From Pseudomonadota bacterium (GTDB lineage Bacteria > Pseudomonadota > Alphaproteobacteria > RF32 > CAG-239): 52,227 bases of DNA. Made by a program: the position numbers and the translations under genes. Below the pieces are notes generated by a model. The model did no database searches and was not told the DNA's origin. It saw nothing but the letters and a program-made list of their open reading frames with translations. The stretch lies in assembly GCA_918234285.1 (NCBI GenBank), contig CAKJXZ020000036.1, forward strand, positions 1 to 52,227, given 5' to 3'. Of this stretch, positions 26,998 through 36,028 are shown in pieces (position 1 is the first letter of the stretch; each line of letters opens with the position of its first letter).

Positions 26998-27992
26998 TTA
27001 CCGGCGGCGCCGGATTTATCGGTTCCAACTTTGTGCCGTATTTCTGTAAAAAATATCCGCAATATCAAATAATTAATGTGGATAAATTGACCTATGCCGG
27101 CAATTTGAATAATTTGCGCGAATGTGAAAATATGCCGAATTATACTTTTGTTGAGGAAGATATTTGCGATGCCGAAAAAATGGATGAATTGTTTGAAAAA
27201 TACGATATTCGCGGAGTAATACATTTTGCGGCGGAAAGTCATGTTGATAATTCGATTAAAGGGCCGCGTGCTTTTATCAATACCAATATCATCGGTACTT
27301 TCAATTTGCTTGAAGCGGCACGCAAACATTGGATGGAGGCTCCGAATAAAGTTAAACCGGGCTATGAAGATTGCCGTTTTCATCATATTTCCACCGATGA
27401 GGTGTATGGTGCACTCGGGGCTGAAGGATTTTTCCGCGAAACCACGCCGTATGCGCCGAATTCGCCATATTCCGCCAGCAAGGCAAGTTCGGACTTTTTG
27501 GTGCGCGCCTATCATCATACTTTCGGTATGAACGTGACCACTTCAAACTGTTCCAATAACTACGGGCCGAAGCAACATCACGAAAAACTGATTCCGCATA
27601 TTATTGCCAAGGCGTTGGCGGAAGAACCGCTGCCGATTTACGGTAAGGGCGAAAATGTTCGTGATTGGTTGTATGTTTTAGATCATTGTAAGGCCATTGA
27701 TTTGATATTCCATACCGGAAAAGCCGGAGAAACCTATAATGTGGGCGGTAACAACGAGCGTAGTAATATTGTCATAGTTAAGAAAATCTGTGCTTTGTTA
27801 GACGAACGCCGACCACGTGCCGGCGGCAAGAAGTATGCCGAATTAATTACGTTTGTGGCAGATAGGGCCGGACACGATTTTCGTTATGCCATTGACGCTT
27901 CCAAGCTGACTAATGAACTCGGCTGGCATGCTGACGAAAACTTCGAAACCGGCATTGTCAAAACCATTGATTGGTATTTGCAACACCAATAA
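26979..27992 (+). CDS. rfbB: dTDP-glucose 4,6-dehydratase
   Basis: TGGAGFIGSN, DKLTYAGN, HFAAESHVD, STDEVYG, YSASK. Confidence 0.97.
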   Translation: MSKTIMITGGAGFIGSNFVPYFCKKYPQYQIINVDKLTYAGNLNNLRECENMPNYTFVEEDICDAEKMDELFEKYDIRGVIHFAAESHVDNSIKGPRAFINTNIIGTFNLLEAARKHWMEAPNKVKPGYEDCRFHHISTDEVYGALGAEGFFRETTPYAPNSPYSASKASSDFLVRAYHHTFGMNVTTSNCSNNYGPKQHHEKLIPHIIAKALAEEPLPIYGKGENVRDWLYVLDHCKAIDLIFHTGKAGETYNVGGNNERSNIVIVKKICALLDERRPRAGGKKYAELITFVADRAGHDFRYAIDASKLTNELGWHADENFETGIVKTIDWYLQHQ

Positions 27993-28012
27993 CTAATTGG
28001 AGGGCTAAGAGA

Positions 28013-29146
28013 GTGATAAAATTCAATAATCCGGTATTTACAGAGCATTCAACGGAATATGTGGCCGACGCATTTGCGCAGAAACACGTATCCGGCGATG
28101 GTAAATATACAAAACTGTGTAACGAATATATGCGGCAAAAGTTGGGGAGCAGAGAGGCTCTGTTGGTGCATTCCGGTACGGCAGCGTTGGAAGTAGCCGC
28201 AATTTTAACCGACTTGCAACCGGGCGATGAAGTGATTATGCCATCATATACTTTTTGCTCCACGGCCAATGCATTTGTGTTGCAGGGAGCGGTACCGGTG
28301 TTTGTGGATATAAGGCCGGATACGCTTAATCTTGACGAGCAAAAGATTGAGGCGGCGATAACTCCGAAAACTAAAGCGATTGTTCCGGTGCATTATGCCG
28401 GAGTGGCTTGTGAGATGGATACCATAAACGCGATTGCGGCCAAGCACAATTTGCTGGTTATTGAGGATGCGGCACAAGCTTTTGATGCTTATTACAAGGG
28501 GCGTCCGCTCGGAACATGCGGCAATATGGGCTGTTTTTCGTTTCATGAGACCAAGAATATTATGGCGGGTGAGGGCGGTTTGTTTGTAACCGATAATGCC
28601 GAATTGGCTGAGCGGGCCGAGATTGTGCGTGAAAAAGGTACCAATCGCAGCAAATTTTTCCGCGGGCAGGTGGATAAATACACCTGGGTGGATAAAGGTT
28701 CATCGTATTTGCCGAGTGATATTGTGGCGGCATATCTGTATTCGGTTTTGGAAAAGTCTGATGATATTCAGTCCAAACGTCGGCAGATATGGCAACGCTA
28801 TTATGATGCCTTTGCCGAGGTTGAAACTCAAGGGAAGGTTCGTCGACCGATAATTCCGGCCGAATGCTCCAACAATGCCCACATGTTTTATTTGCTGTTC
28901 AATGATTTGCAAACCCGCACCGAATTTATCGCTTATTTGAAAGCAAACGAGGTGGTGGCACCGTTCCATTATATTCCGTTGCATTCGGCACCGGCAGGGC
29001 AAAAATTCTGTCGCACACCGTATTCGATGTCGGTTACCGACAAGGTTTCCGAAACATTGGTGCGTTTGCCGCTGTATTACGACTTGACCGTTGCAGAGCA
29101 GGATAAAGTTATAGGGCTTTGCCGAGAATTTTTGGAGAAACTATGA
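28013..29146 (+). CDS. wecE: dTDP-4-amino-4,6-dideoxygalactose transaminase
   Basis: SGDG.YT, PSYTF.STANAF, SFHETKN...GEGG, EKGTNRS.FFRGQVDKYTW. GTG start. Confidence 0.93.
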   Translation: MIKFNNPVFTEHSTEYVADAFAQKHVSGDGKYTKLCNEYMRQKLGSREALLVHSGTAALEVAAILTDLQPGDEVIMPSYTFCSTANAFVLQGAVPVFVDIRPDTLNLDEQKIEAAITPKTKAIVPVHYAGVACEMDTINAIAAKHNLLVIEDAAQAFDAYYKGRPLGTCGNMGCFSFHETKNIMAGEGGLFVTDNAELAERAEIVREKGTNRSKFFRGQVDKYTWVDKGSSYLPSDIVAAYLYSVLEKSDDIQSKRRQIWQRYYDAFAEVETQGKVRRPIIPAECSNNAHMFYLLFNDLQTRTEFIAYLKANEVVAPFHYIPLHSAPAGQKFCRTPYSMSVTDKVSETLVRLPLYYDLTVAEQDKVIGLCREFLEKL

Positions 29147-30558
29147 AAATTTTTGAAATAACGGACGGCAGTGTCAGGATTTGCGGGTGGAGTGCCCTTA
29201 AAATTAAGTATAAAAAAGGACAGAGCAAATTTTATGCCTTTGGTTTGCCGTTGTTTAAAATTAAAAACGATTTTGATGCCGTGCGTGCCGATTTTGCAAA
29301 AAATACCGATTTTGATGTGCGGCACATGGATAAGCGCATTGATGAAATTGTCGCGACCTACGAAAATGTTGACGGCTGTGTATCCAACCCGCAACGGGTG
29401 GCATTTTTGGCCACTAAAATTTATGACATGGGCGGGCATACCAAATGGATGCGCGATATGCAAAAAACTTTGGCACCGCGCTATGAAGAAACGCTGTTTC
29501 TGACTACGACCGTTACTTCGCGCAAGGCGGCCCCGCAAACTTTGGATTATTTGCAAAAGATATCTAAAATTAAAAACTTTCGGCAGTTTTCCTGTTCGGA
29601 CGAAAAAAATGTTCGCGAAATTTATGACAGCATTGTGGCATTTGCACCGCGGGCGATATTCGTGTTTATTCACACCGACGACGTGGTGGCAACGGCGGTG
29701 CTGGCGCTGATAAAGCGACATACGAACATTAAGGTTTTCTTTGTTAACCACGCTACGCACCGGCCGGCTCTTTCTATGTCTTTTGCCGATTTGGTATTGG
29801 AAGAAACTCCGAGTTCGGCTTATGTTACGCAAAATTTGCGGAAAATTCCGCAGACGCACATAGTGGGGCTTATCTCCAAGCCGGAAGAAGAAAATCCGCA
29901 ATTCAGTGCCGAGGAAATTGCCGAAATGCGGCAAAAAATGGGGGTACCGCAGGGCAAGTTATGCACTTTGTCCGGTGCGGCCAGTTACAAGTTTTTTGAT
30001 GCCGACGGCTCACGCTATTTTGAGATGATTAAAAAACTTCTGACCGAGCACGACGACGTTTATCATGTCGTAATCAGTGAAATGCGAGATTTTGAAACAC
30101 AAATCGTGCAGGAAATGTTTGCCGACTCGCCGGTTAAAGACCGCCTGATTCTGTTGCCGTATCAAAAGAATTATGAGCTGGCTTTTAAGAGCGCCGATTT
30201 GTTTATCGACAGCTTTCCGATGTCTTCGGCTTTGGCGTTTATTGATTTAATGCGGCTCAAAGTGCCGTATGTGGTAAAAATCAATACCGAAAATGCCGCG
30301 CTTTCGTTTCATGAATATCAGGCGCCGGATTTTCCGTATATGTACGAAACGGTGGAACAGATGTATGCCGGTATTGAGGAATTGTTGGCCGATGAGGCAA
30401 AACGTGAGGCGATGACGGAGCAAAATTATCAGCATTATCTTGATAAATACGAGCCGAAAGCGGCCGACAGAATATTGCAAAAAGTGCTTAATTGCGGCGA
30501 TTTTACCGAACTTTATGACGAGCTCGGCGATATAAAATATTCGTTGAAATTTGATTAG
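29143..30558 (+). CDS. Putative GT-B glycosyltransferase
   Basis: ATGA-coupled to wecE. Y..GGHT motif and ADLFIDSFP....A..D.M...VP.V. Confidence 0.6.
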   Translation: MKIFEITDGSVRICGWSALKIKYKKGQSKFYAFGLPLFKIKNDFDAVRADFAKNTDFDVRHMDKRIDEIVATYENVDGCVSNPQRVAFLATKIYDMGGHTKWMRDMQKTLAPRYEETLFLTTTVTSRKAAPQTLDYLQKISKIKNFRQFSCSDEKNVREIYDSIVAFAPRAIFVFIHTDDVVATAVLALIKRHTNIKVFFVNHATHRPALSMSFADLVLEETPSSAYVTQNLRKIPQTHIVGLISKPEEENPQFSAEEIAEMRQKMGVPQGKLCTLSGAASYKFFDADGSRYFEMIKKLLTEHDDVYHVVISEMRDFETQIVQEMFADSPVKDRLILLPYQKNYELAFKSADLFIDSFPMSSALAFIDLMRLKVPYVVKINTENAALSFHEYQAPDFPYMYETVEQMYAGIEELLADEAKREAMTEQNYQHYLDKYEPKAADRILQKVLNCGDFTELYDELGDIKYSLKFD

Positions 30559-30995
30559 TTTTCGGCGCGGTCTTCCGGTTCCCACGGGAAGTTTACCCAC
30601 ACTCCCGGCGCTTCGGTCAGGGCGGCAAAATCGGGCTTAATCTCGGGATTTTTATTAATCAGCGTATAAATTTGCGTATGCGGGTATTTTTTACGCAAAT
30701 AGCGCAGCGTTTCGCCGCTGTCGCATATATCGTCAATAATATAAGTGTCCGGATTATCGGGAATTTTATCGGTGGTGGTATCAACCATTGCGGAGCGTTC
30801 TTTGGCGGCATCATACGAAGAAAGGCGGATAAACAGAATATCTTTACAGTTAAGATAATGCGCAATCAGAGCCGTCGGCATCAATCCGCCGCGCGAAACT
30901 GCGGCAAGCGTGTATTTTTCCGGCGATTGGGCTTTGATGCGCTGAGCAATCAGGCGGCATGCCGCTTCTACTTGTTCCGGAGATATAATTTTCAT
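30555..30995 (-). CDS. Purine (xanthine/guanine-like) phosphoribosyltransferase
   Basis: AVSRGGL.P, PRPP-binding IIDDICDSGET and WVNFPWE. Confidence 0.85.
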   Translation of the reverse strand: MKIISPEQVEAACRLIAQRIKAQSPEKYTLAAVSRGGLMPTALIAHYLNCKDILFIRLSSYDAAKERSAMVDTTTDKIPDNPDTYIIDDICDSGETLRYLRKKYPHTQIYTLINKNPEIKPDFAALTEAPGVWVNFPWEPEDRAEN

Positions 30996-31074
30996 CGTTC
31001 GCTCCTTAATAATAAAAATTATAATGCGGTCTTATAGCAAAAAAGAAAAAATGCGTCAATATATATTTTTGAGT

Positions 31075-31103
31075 TTGACAAAATAAAAGAAATATGTTAT
31101 ACA
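31075..31103 (+). promoter_or_regulatory. sigma70-type promoter
   Basis: TTGACA followed by a TG-TTATAC -10 region; similar to 33033-33060. Confidence 0.5.
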
Positions 31104-31163
31104 GGGTTCTAGTGTTATACAATTTAGAAATTTTTATCCTATCAAAAAAAAATCAATTGGCTT

Positions 31164-31574
31164 ATGAAAGAAATTGACGTTACCCTGAAGGGTGTAGTGA
31201 GCTGCGGTTTGAAGTCTATCGGCGAAAAGCTGTCGACTTTCAAAATGTTCGTAACCGGCGCCGTGTTGCACAATCACAATGACGCCAAGTGGCAGTTCCC
31301 GTTGCCTACGCTGATTTCGATTCACGTTCGCGACTTTGCAGACATGACGGCAGAGGATATGTATGCCCTCCTGATTGTCGGAACGGAAGTTCGCGTTCGC
31401 GTGTCGGGTGAGCCGGGCAATATTCTGGCTAAGGTTGTTAAGGTGGAAGGCCGTACCCGTCGCACGCTGGAGGACTTTGTTTGTGCTCTGGAGGACTGTG
31501 CGCCCAGGACCACCCCCGGTATCAGCCTGTCTATCAACGGCGATATGAACAACCAGCATGTTAAGGCAGATTAA
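31164..31574 (+). CDS. Hypothetical protein
   Basis: 136-aa ORF between a promoter and a terminator; no recognised motif. Confidence 0.6.
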   Translation: MKEIDVTLKGVVSCGLKSIGEKLSTFKMFVTGAVLHNHNDAKWQFPLPTLISIHVRDFADMTAEDMYALLIVGTEVRVRVSGEPGNILAKVVKVEGRTRRTLEDFVCALEDCAPRTTPGISLSINGDMNNQHVKAD

Positions 31575-31587
31575 GCATTAAAAAAGC

Positions 31588-31617
31588 AAACCCGTCGGAG
31601 TCGAATCCGGCGGGTTT
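31588..31617. terminator. Bidirectional terminator
   Basis: AAACCCGTCGGA...TCCGGCGGGTTT between convergent ORFs. Confidence 0.75.
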
Positions 31618-31621
31618 ACTT

Positions 31622-32056
31622 TTAATCGGCGCTGTCGGCATACACCTTTTCGCGCGCTAAATTGATGATTGTCATGCGCTGCGCCTCGTTGATGGGCTGC
31701 TCCAGAAGCGAATCAATAAAACGAATCATCTCCTCGAAACTGAGGGTGCTGAGTGCTCGTCGCAATTCAGCTTCTCCCTTGCGGAAAGTTCCGTCTGCAT
31801 CAATCACTACTTCAACCGGCAGACCGGGGACGTTCAGTCCGCGGTTACGGGCTTCGGCGGCAATAGCCGTGTAGCACTGCTCGATGACTTGATGCTCGAT
31901 TTCGTGGAGGTCCGAACTCAATGTGACTAACCTCAGGGCAAACACCTGTTTGAACAAAGCCGATACTTTCTCGTTACTTAACTGAGAGAGCTGGCAAGAC
32001 TGGATATAGCGGCTGAGCTGCCATATCACACTGCGGATTTCGTCATTCATATTCAT
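31622..32056 (-). CDS. Hypothetical helical protein
   Basis: ORF from MNMNDEIRS ending at the terminator. Confidence 0.55.
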   Translation of the reverse strand: MNMNDEIRSVIWQLSRYIQSCQLSQLSNEKVSALFKQVFALRLVTLSSDLHEIEHQVIEQCYTAIAAEARNRGLNVPGLPVEVVIDADGTFRKGEAELRRALSTLSFEEMIRFIDSLLEQPINEAQRMTIINLAREKVYADSAD

Positions 32057-32183
32057 AAGTAAATAATTTTTGATTGCGAGTACCAATTTAACAAAAATGT
32101 ACAAAAAATGCAAGCAATTTTTCATACTTGCCTATTTAAAATTTTTCCCTACAATACATTTAAAACAACGGAAAGGAAAAATA

Positions 32184-33014
32184 ATGTTACATATCGGCTG
32201 TCATCTCTCAATTTCAAAGGGTTTTATGCATATCGGCAAGGAAGCCGCTTCCATCAGTGCCGACACGTTTCAGTTTTTTACGCGCAATCCGCAGGGTGGC
32301 AAGGCCAAGGATATTGACGCGGCGGATGCCGAAAAATATAACGCCTACGCGCGCGAAAACAGCTTTGCAAAAATTGTGGCACACGCTCCGTATACGCTCA
32401 ACCCGTGTTCGGATAACCCGCAAACTCGCGAATTTGCTCTGATGGTGCTGGCCGACGATTTGCAACGAATGGAATTTGTGCCGCATAATTACTATAACTT
32501 TCATCCGGGTTCGCACGTAGGACAGGGGGCTGATAAAGGAATCGCCATGATTATCGATGCGCTCAACCGGATACTAAAACCGGAACAAACAACCACCGTT
32601 CTGCTCGAAACCATGTCGGGCAAAGGTTCGGAAGTTGGGCGCAGTTTTGAAGAACTGGCGGAGATTATCTCCGGTGTGAAGCTGAAAGAGAAGATGGGGG
32701 TTTGCTTGGATACCTGCCACGTTTTTGCCGCCGGTTACGATATTGTGAATAATCTTGACGGGGTGTTTGCCGAGTTTGATAAAATCATCGGCTTGGAGCG
32801 TTTGCAAGCGGTGCATTTGAACGACAGTATGATGCCGTTTTCTTCTAACAAAGATCGCCATGCCAAAATCGGCGAGGGGGAAATCGGGCAGGCGGCGCTG
32901 GAACGTTTTGTGCGTCATCCGGCGGTTAAAGATTTGCCGATGATTTTGGAAACACCGAATGATTTAGCCGGATATGCCGCCGAAATCAAAATGATGCGAG
33001 CCGCGGCAAAATAA
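32184..33014 (+). CDS. nfo: Endonuclease IV
   Basis: [50 protein letters not shown]. Confidence 0.95.
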   Translation: MLHIGCHLSISKGFMHIGKEAASISADTFQFFTRNPQGGKAKDIDAADAEKYNAYARENSFAKIVAHAPYTLNPCSDNPQTREFALMVLADDLQRMEFVPHNYYNFHPGSHVGQGADKGIAMIIDALNRILKPEQTTTVLLETMSGKGSEVGRSFEELAEIISGVKLKEKMGVCLDTCHVFAAGYDIVNNLDGVFAEFDKIIGLERLQAVHLNDSMMPFSSNKDRHAKIGEGEIGQAALERFVRHPAVKDLPMILETPNDLAGYAAEIKMMRAAAK

Positions 33015-33032
33015 ACAAAATCAATTTTATGT

Positions 33033-33060
33033 TTGACAAAATAAATATATTGTGTTATAA
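33033..33060 (+). promoter_or_regulatory. sigma70-type promoter
   Basis: TTGACA...TG-TTATAA upstream of 33084. Confidence 0.55.
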
Positions 33061-33083
33061 AAACAACATTATCCAATATATTT

Positions 33084-33389
33084 ATGAGTATGAGTAGAAA
33101 ATTATTTGTTAAGTCCGTAACCACTCGGACCGAGGCTTTTGATGTTACTTTCGAGGCCAACGAGAGAAATCAGGTAGTAGCGATGATTGAGAACAGTGCC
33201 GGCCAGGTGACTCACATGAACCTGGGTTTGGTCGATCTTTACGGTCGAGCAACCAAAGTCCCCGCTGCGATTCACAACTGCCTGTATGACAACACTCCCA
33301 CCCCCGTTCAGCAGCAGATGCTTGATAGCTTTGCCCGCATCTGTGTTGCTCGTCTCAAGTGGAGCACCGGTTGTCTGTCTCCTTGGTGA
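33084..33389 (+). CDS. Hypothetical protein
   Basis: 101-aa ORF with its own promoter and terminator. Confidence 0.55.
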   Translation: MSMSRKLFVKSVTTRTEAFDVTFEANERNQVVAMIENSAGQVTHMNLGLVDLYGRATKVPAAIHNCLYDNTPTPVQQQMLDSFARICVARLKWSTGCLSPW

Positions 33390-33405
33390 GAACATCACAC
33401 CTAAA

Positions 33406-33447
33406 AAAATAAAACACCCGGACATTTTAAGTCGGGTGTTTTATTTT
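33406..33447. terminator. Bidirectional terminator
   Basis: AAAATAAAACACCCGG...TCGGGTGTTTTATTTT. Confidence 0.8.
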
Positions 33448-33688
33448 ATACATATTGATCGGCCCAATGGCAGACACTCGGCGCATAAATTACAAACAGC
33501 ACAATGGCAAACACGACAAAGACGATTTGTTGCACATGCAAAACCGGCATTGGGAACGATACGAATATAAAAACCATCGGTACTATGAACGATGCAAGCA
33601 ACGACATAGCACATATCGGTATTAACAGCAATGCCAGAGCAAGGGCGCGTAATACCAATTTTTTAATAATTTTCGTAATTTTTTTCAT
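33446..33688 (-). CDS. Small membrane protein
   Basis: Basic N-terminus and two hydrophobic segments. Confidence 0.5.
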   Translation of the reverse strand: MKKITKIIKKLVLRALALALLLIPICAMSLLASFIVPMVFIFVSFPMPVLHVQQIVFVVFAIVLFVIYAPSVCHWADQYV

Positions 33689-33817
33689 AGGCTAAAATAA
33701 TTGATTTTTATGGTAGTCTAACACGAAATACGCACTTAATCAAGAGTTTTTTGGCAAAAATCGGTAATAAAAAAGCCGCGAATCACGTCGCGGCCGGATG
33801 TTATCAGTAATAAAATT

Positions 33818-34429
33818 TTATTTGCGCTGAGTTTTTGATTTGGATTTACCCACATTTTTATCAAATTTGAATAAATTATCCGACAAAGCCTCATCTTGTT
33901 CAACATCAAACAGCGAAACGGTAATTTCAATATTTTGCGGATCAATCACTTTCCATTGTTTTAAGCGGAACGGCTCATTATCAAACACCAACGTAATCGG
34001 TTTAACTCCCGGAGTTTTCGGAGTTTCGACCGTAATCGAAGTCTGGCCGCTGTCTTTATATAAATCCGTAACTTTCAGATTGGCACCGTCAAATTTTATC
34101 TGGTGGGTCAGGATAACCGTGGCCGGAATGTCTTTATAGTCAATATTGGTAATTTGATCGAGCTCTTTATCGTAATAAATGATGTAGTCGCCGTTGCCGA
34201 CAATCAGCAACGGTTCCGGCGCGGTATATTCCATACGCAACTTGCTCGGCTTGGAAATATATACCTTGCCTTCGGCAGTGCCGCCGTTGCTGGCCATTTG
34301 AATAAAATTGGCTTTGAGCGAATGCAAATTGTTGAGGTAGTTCTCGATTTTGGTTAAATCTTCCTGTCCGGCGTCGGCCGTCGAACTGCAGAACAATATA
34401 CCGCAAATAACAGCTAATAACTTTTTCAT
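33818..34429 (-). CDS. lolA: Outer-membrane lipoprotein carrier protein
   Basis: Signal peptide, SLKANFIQ, G.VYISKP.KLR.EY..P, L.QW.V.D.Q, LF.F. Confidence 0.88.
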   Translation of the reverse strand: MKKLLAVICGILFCSSTADAGQEDLTKIENYLNNLHSLKANFIQMASNGGTAEGKVYISKPSKLRMEYTAPEPLLIVGNGDYIIYYDKELDQITNIDYKDIPATVILTHQIKFDGANLKVTDLYKDSGQTSITVETPKTPGVKPITLVFDNEPFRLKQWKVIDPQNIEITVSLFDVEQDEALSDNLFKFDKNVGKSKSKTQRK

Positions 34430-34445
34430 TTTTATATCCTCTTAA

Positions 34446-34988
34446 CTAATCAGACCATTTTTCCCAATGAACTTTTTCGGCATGGTAGCGGTTATCAACC
34501 GTTACGTTTGGTGCTGCCGGAACCCCCAGAGGAATAATGGCTGTCGGGCGAATATTGGCCGGCAGACCGAAACGTTCCTGTATTTTTTCGATAACCAGAG
34601 GCATCGGAGCCGCGCCGCAAAAACAAGCGCCGTAACCCAAATCGTGCGCAGCCAGCAAAATACCGTAAGCTGCCAGAGTGCCGTCAATATCGGCATAACT
34701 CCATTGATCACTCTCTTTTTCCCGGTGGAACGAAACGTCGGTATCGGCACACACCAAAATCACACAGGAGGCATCTTTGGCAAATGCGGTCCACGGTTGC
34801 AGTGTGTGTAACGCGGCCAGTTGCTCTTTGTCTTCAATCACTACAAAATGCCACGGTTGCGTATTGTGCGCCGACGGAGCAAAAGATGCTGCCGCGATTA
34901 TTTTCTCAATATCGGCGTGCGGGATTTTTTTTGTAGTATCAAAACGTCGTACGGAACGTCTGGTTTTGAGCCCTTCAATGATATCCAT
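34446..34988 (-). CDS. Nitroreductase family protein
   Basis: TRRSVRRF, APSAHNTQPWHFVVI, LAAHDLGYGAC. Confidence 0.92.
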   Translation of the reverse strand: MDIIEGLKTRRSVRRFDTTKKIPHADIEKIIAAASFAPSAHNTQPWHFVVIEDKEQLAALHTLQPWTAFAKDASCVILVCADTDVSFHREKESDQWSYADIDGTLAAYGILLAAHDLGYGACFCGAAPMPLVIEKIQERFGLPANIRPTAIIPLGVPAAPNVTVDNRYHAEKVHWEKWSD

Positions 34989-34999
34989 TTCATCCTCCT

Positions 35000-35599
35000 T
35001 TAGTTGGGTTTGCGTTGCAATTCGGCAATATGCGGCAATGTATAATTTTCGATAACAAAGCCGATGGATTTCATTGCCATTTTATCACAATCGATAATCG
35101 CGTCAAATACATTTTGACGGTTGTCCTTTTTTTCGATTTTTGCGGCCAGCGATTTATACAAAAGTGCCAATTGACTGAGCGAATCGACGATTTCGGCAAT
35201 ATACGCCGGAATTTTCAAATTATCCTGACCGCCGAAAAAACCTTCGACAAAGCCGGCCTCAACCGCCTCGAAGCGTTCTTGGCAAACCTTTGCCAAATCA
35301 TCATCAGGATTGATGCGCGAAAGCTTTATCTTGTTGTTTTTTACCGCCAAAAACATTTCGTCCCACAACCCCATGAAAAACTTAAAGAACAATTCTGCTT
35401 CGTTTTTGGTTTCGAGTCGCGGTACGGCGTTTTCCGGCCACAATGACGCGATGACGTCGGTCGGACGCAGGTCGGTGTTAGGGCTGCAGATTGCACCGGC
35501 AAAGCGCAGTTTTATTACCTCAAGCGGTGCCGCACACTTATAGTGTTCGAGAAACTTTTTGAACTTATCATCACCAATATATTTATTTTCGCTTTTCAT
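35000..35599 (-). CDS. Conserved hypothetical protein (UPF0149/YecA-like)
   Basis: F.GAI.SP...RP...I..LW pattern and GFVEG; helical. Confidence 0.55.
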   Translation of the reverse strand: MKSENKYIGDDKFKKFLEHYKCAAPLEVIKLRFAGAICSPNTDLRPTDVIASLWPENAVPRLETKNEAELFFKFFMGLWDEMFLAVKNNKIKLSRINPDDDLAKVCQERFEAVEAGFVEGFFGGQDNLKIPAYIAEIVDSLSQLALLYKSLAAKIEKKDNRQNVFDAIIDCDKMAMKSIGFVIENYTLPHIAELQRKPN

Positions 35600-35644
35600 T
35601 TTAAGAATCTTCGTTTATTATACCAAAACCAACAATATAATTTA

Positions 35645-36028
35645 ATGGAGTTTTTCAAATTGTCTAGTCTAAAATTTTATATTGCGTGTTTGTTGTTGTT
35701 TTGTATGTGCGGTTGCGGTTTGTTTAAACCTTTTGTAGACAGGCGCCGTAATCCCGGGGTTTCCGACGTAAATGCGCTTTATGTCGGCGAATCCAAACCG
35801 GATGCTCCGGTAATTTGCTATAATCCGTTAGTTACGGGGAATGATGAACTGCAGCAAATAGCTGATGATGTCTGTGTTAATGAAGAAACGGGGGACTATG
35901 CCGAATTTGTGAAAAAGAGTTATTTGGACGGCAAATTATTGCTGCCGTCACGGGCATATTACAGGTGTGCAAAAAAAGGTATGGAAAACTTAAAGGAAGA
36001 TAAAAATGAATCTGCTATTGGAGAATAA
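35645..36028 (+). CDS. Putative lipoprotein
   Basis: Hydrophobic N-terminus with lipobox-like MCGC; additional Cys residues. Confidence 0.6.
   Translation: MEFFKLSSLKFYIACLLLFCMCGCGLFKPFVDRRRNPGVSDVNALYVGESKPDAPVICYNPLVTGNDELQQIADDVCVNEETGDYAEFVKKSYLDGKLLLPSRAYYRCAKKGMENLKEDKNESAIGE

Noticed and set aside
29077-29934. 285-aa minus-strand ORF
   Set aside because: Antisense shadow of the glycosyltransferase-like gene.
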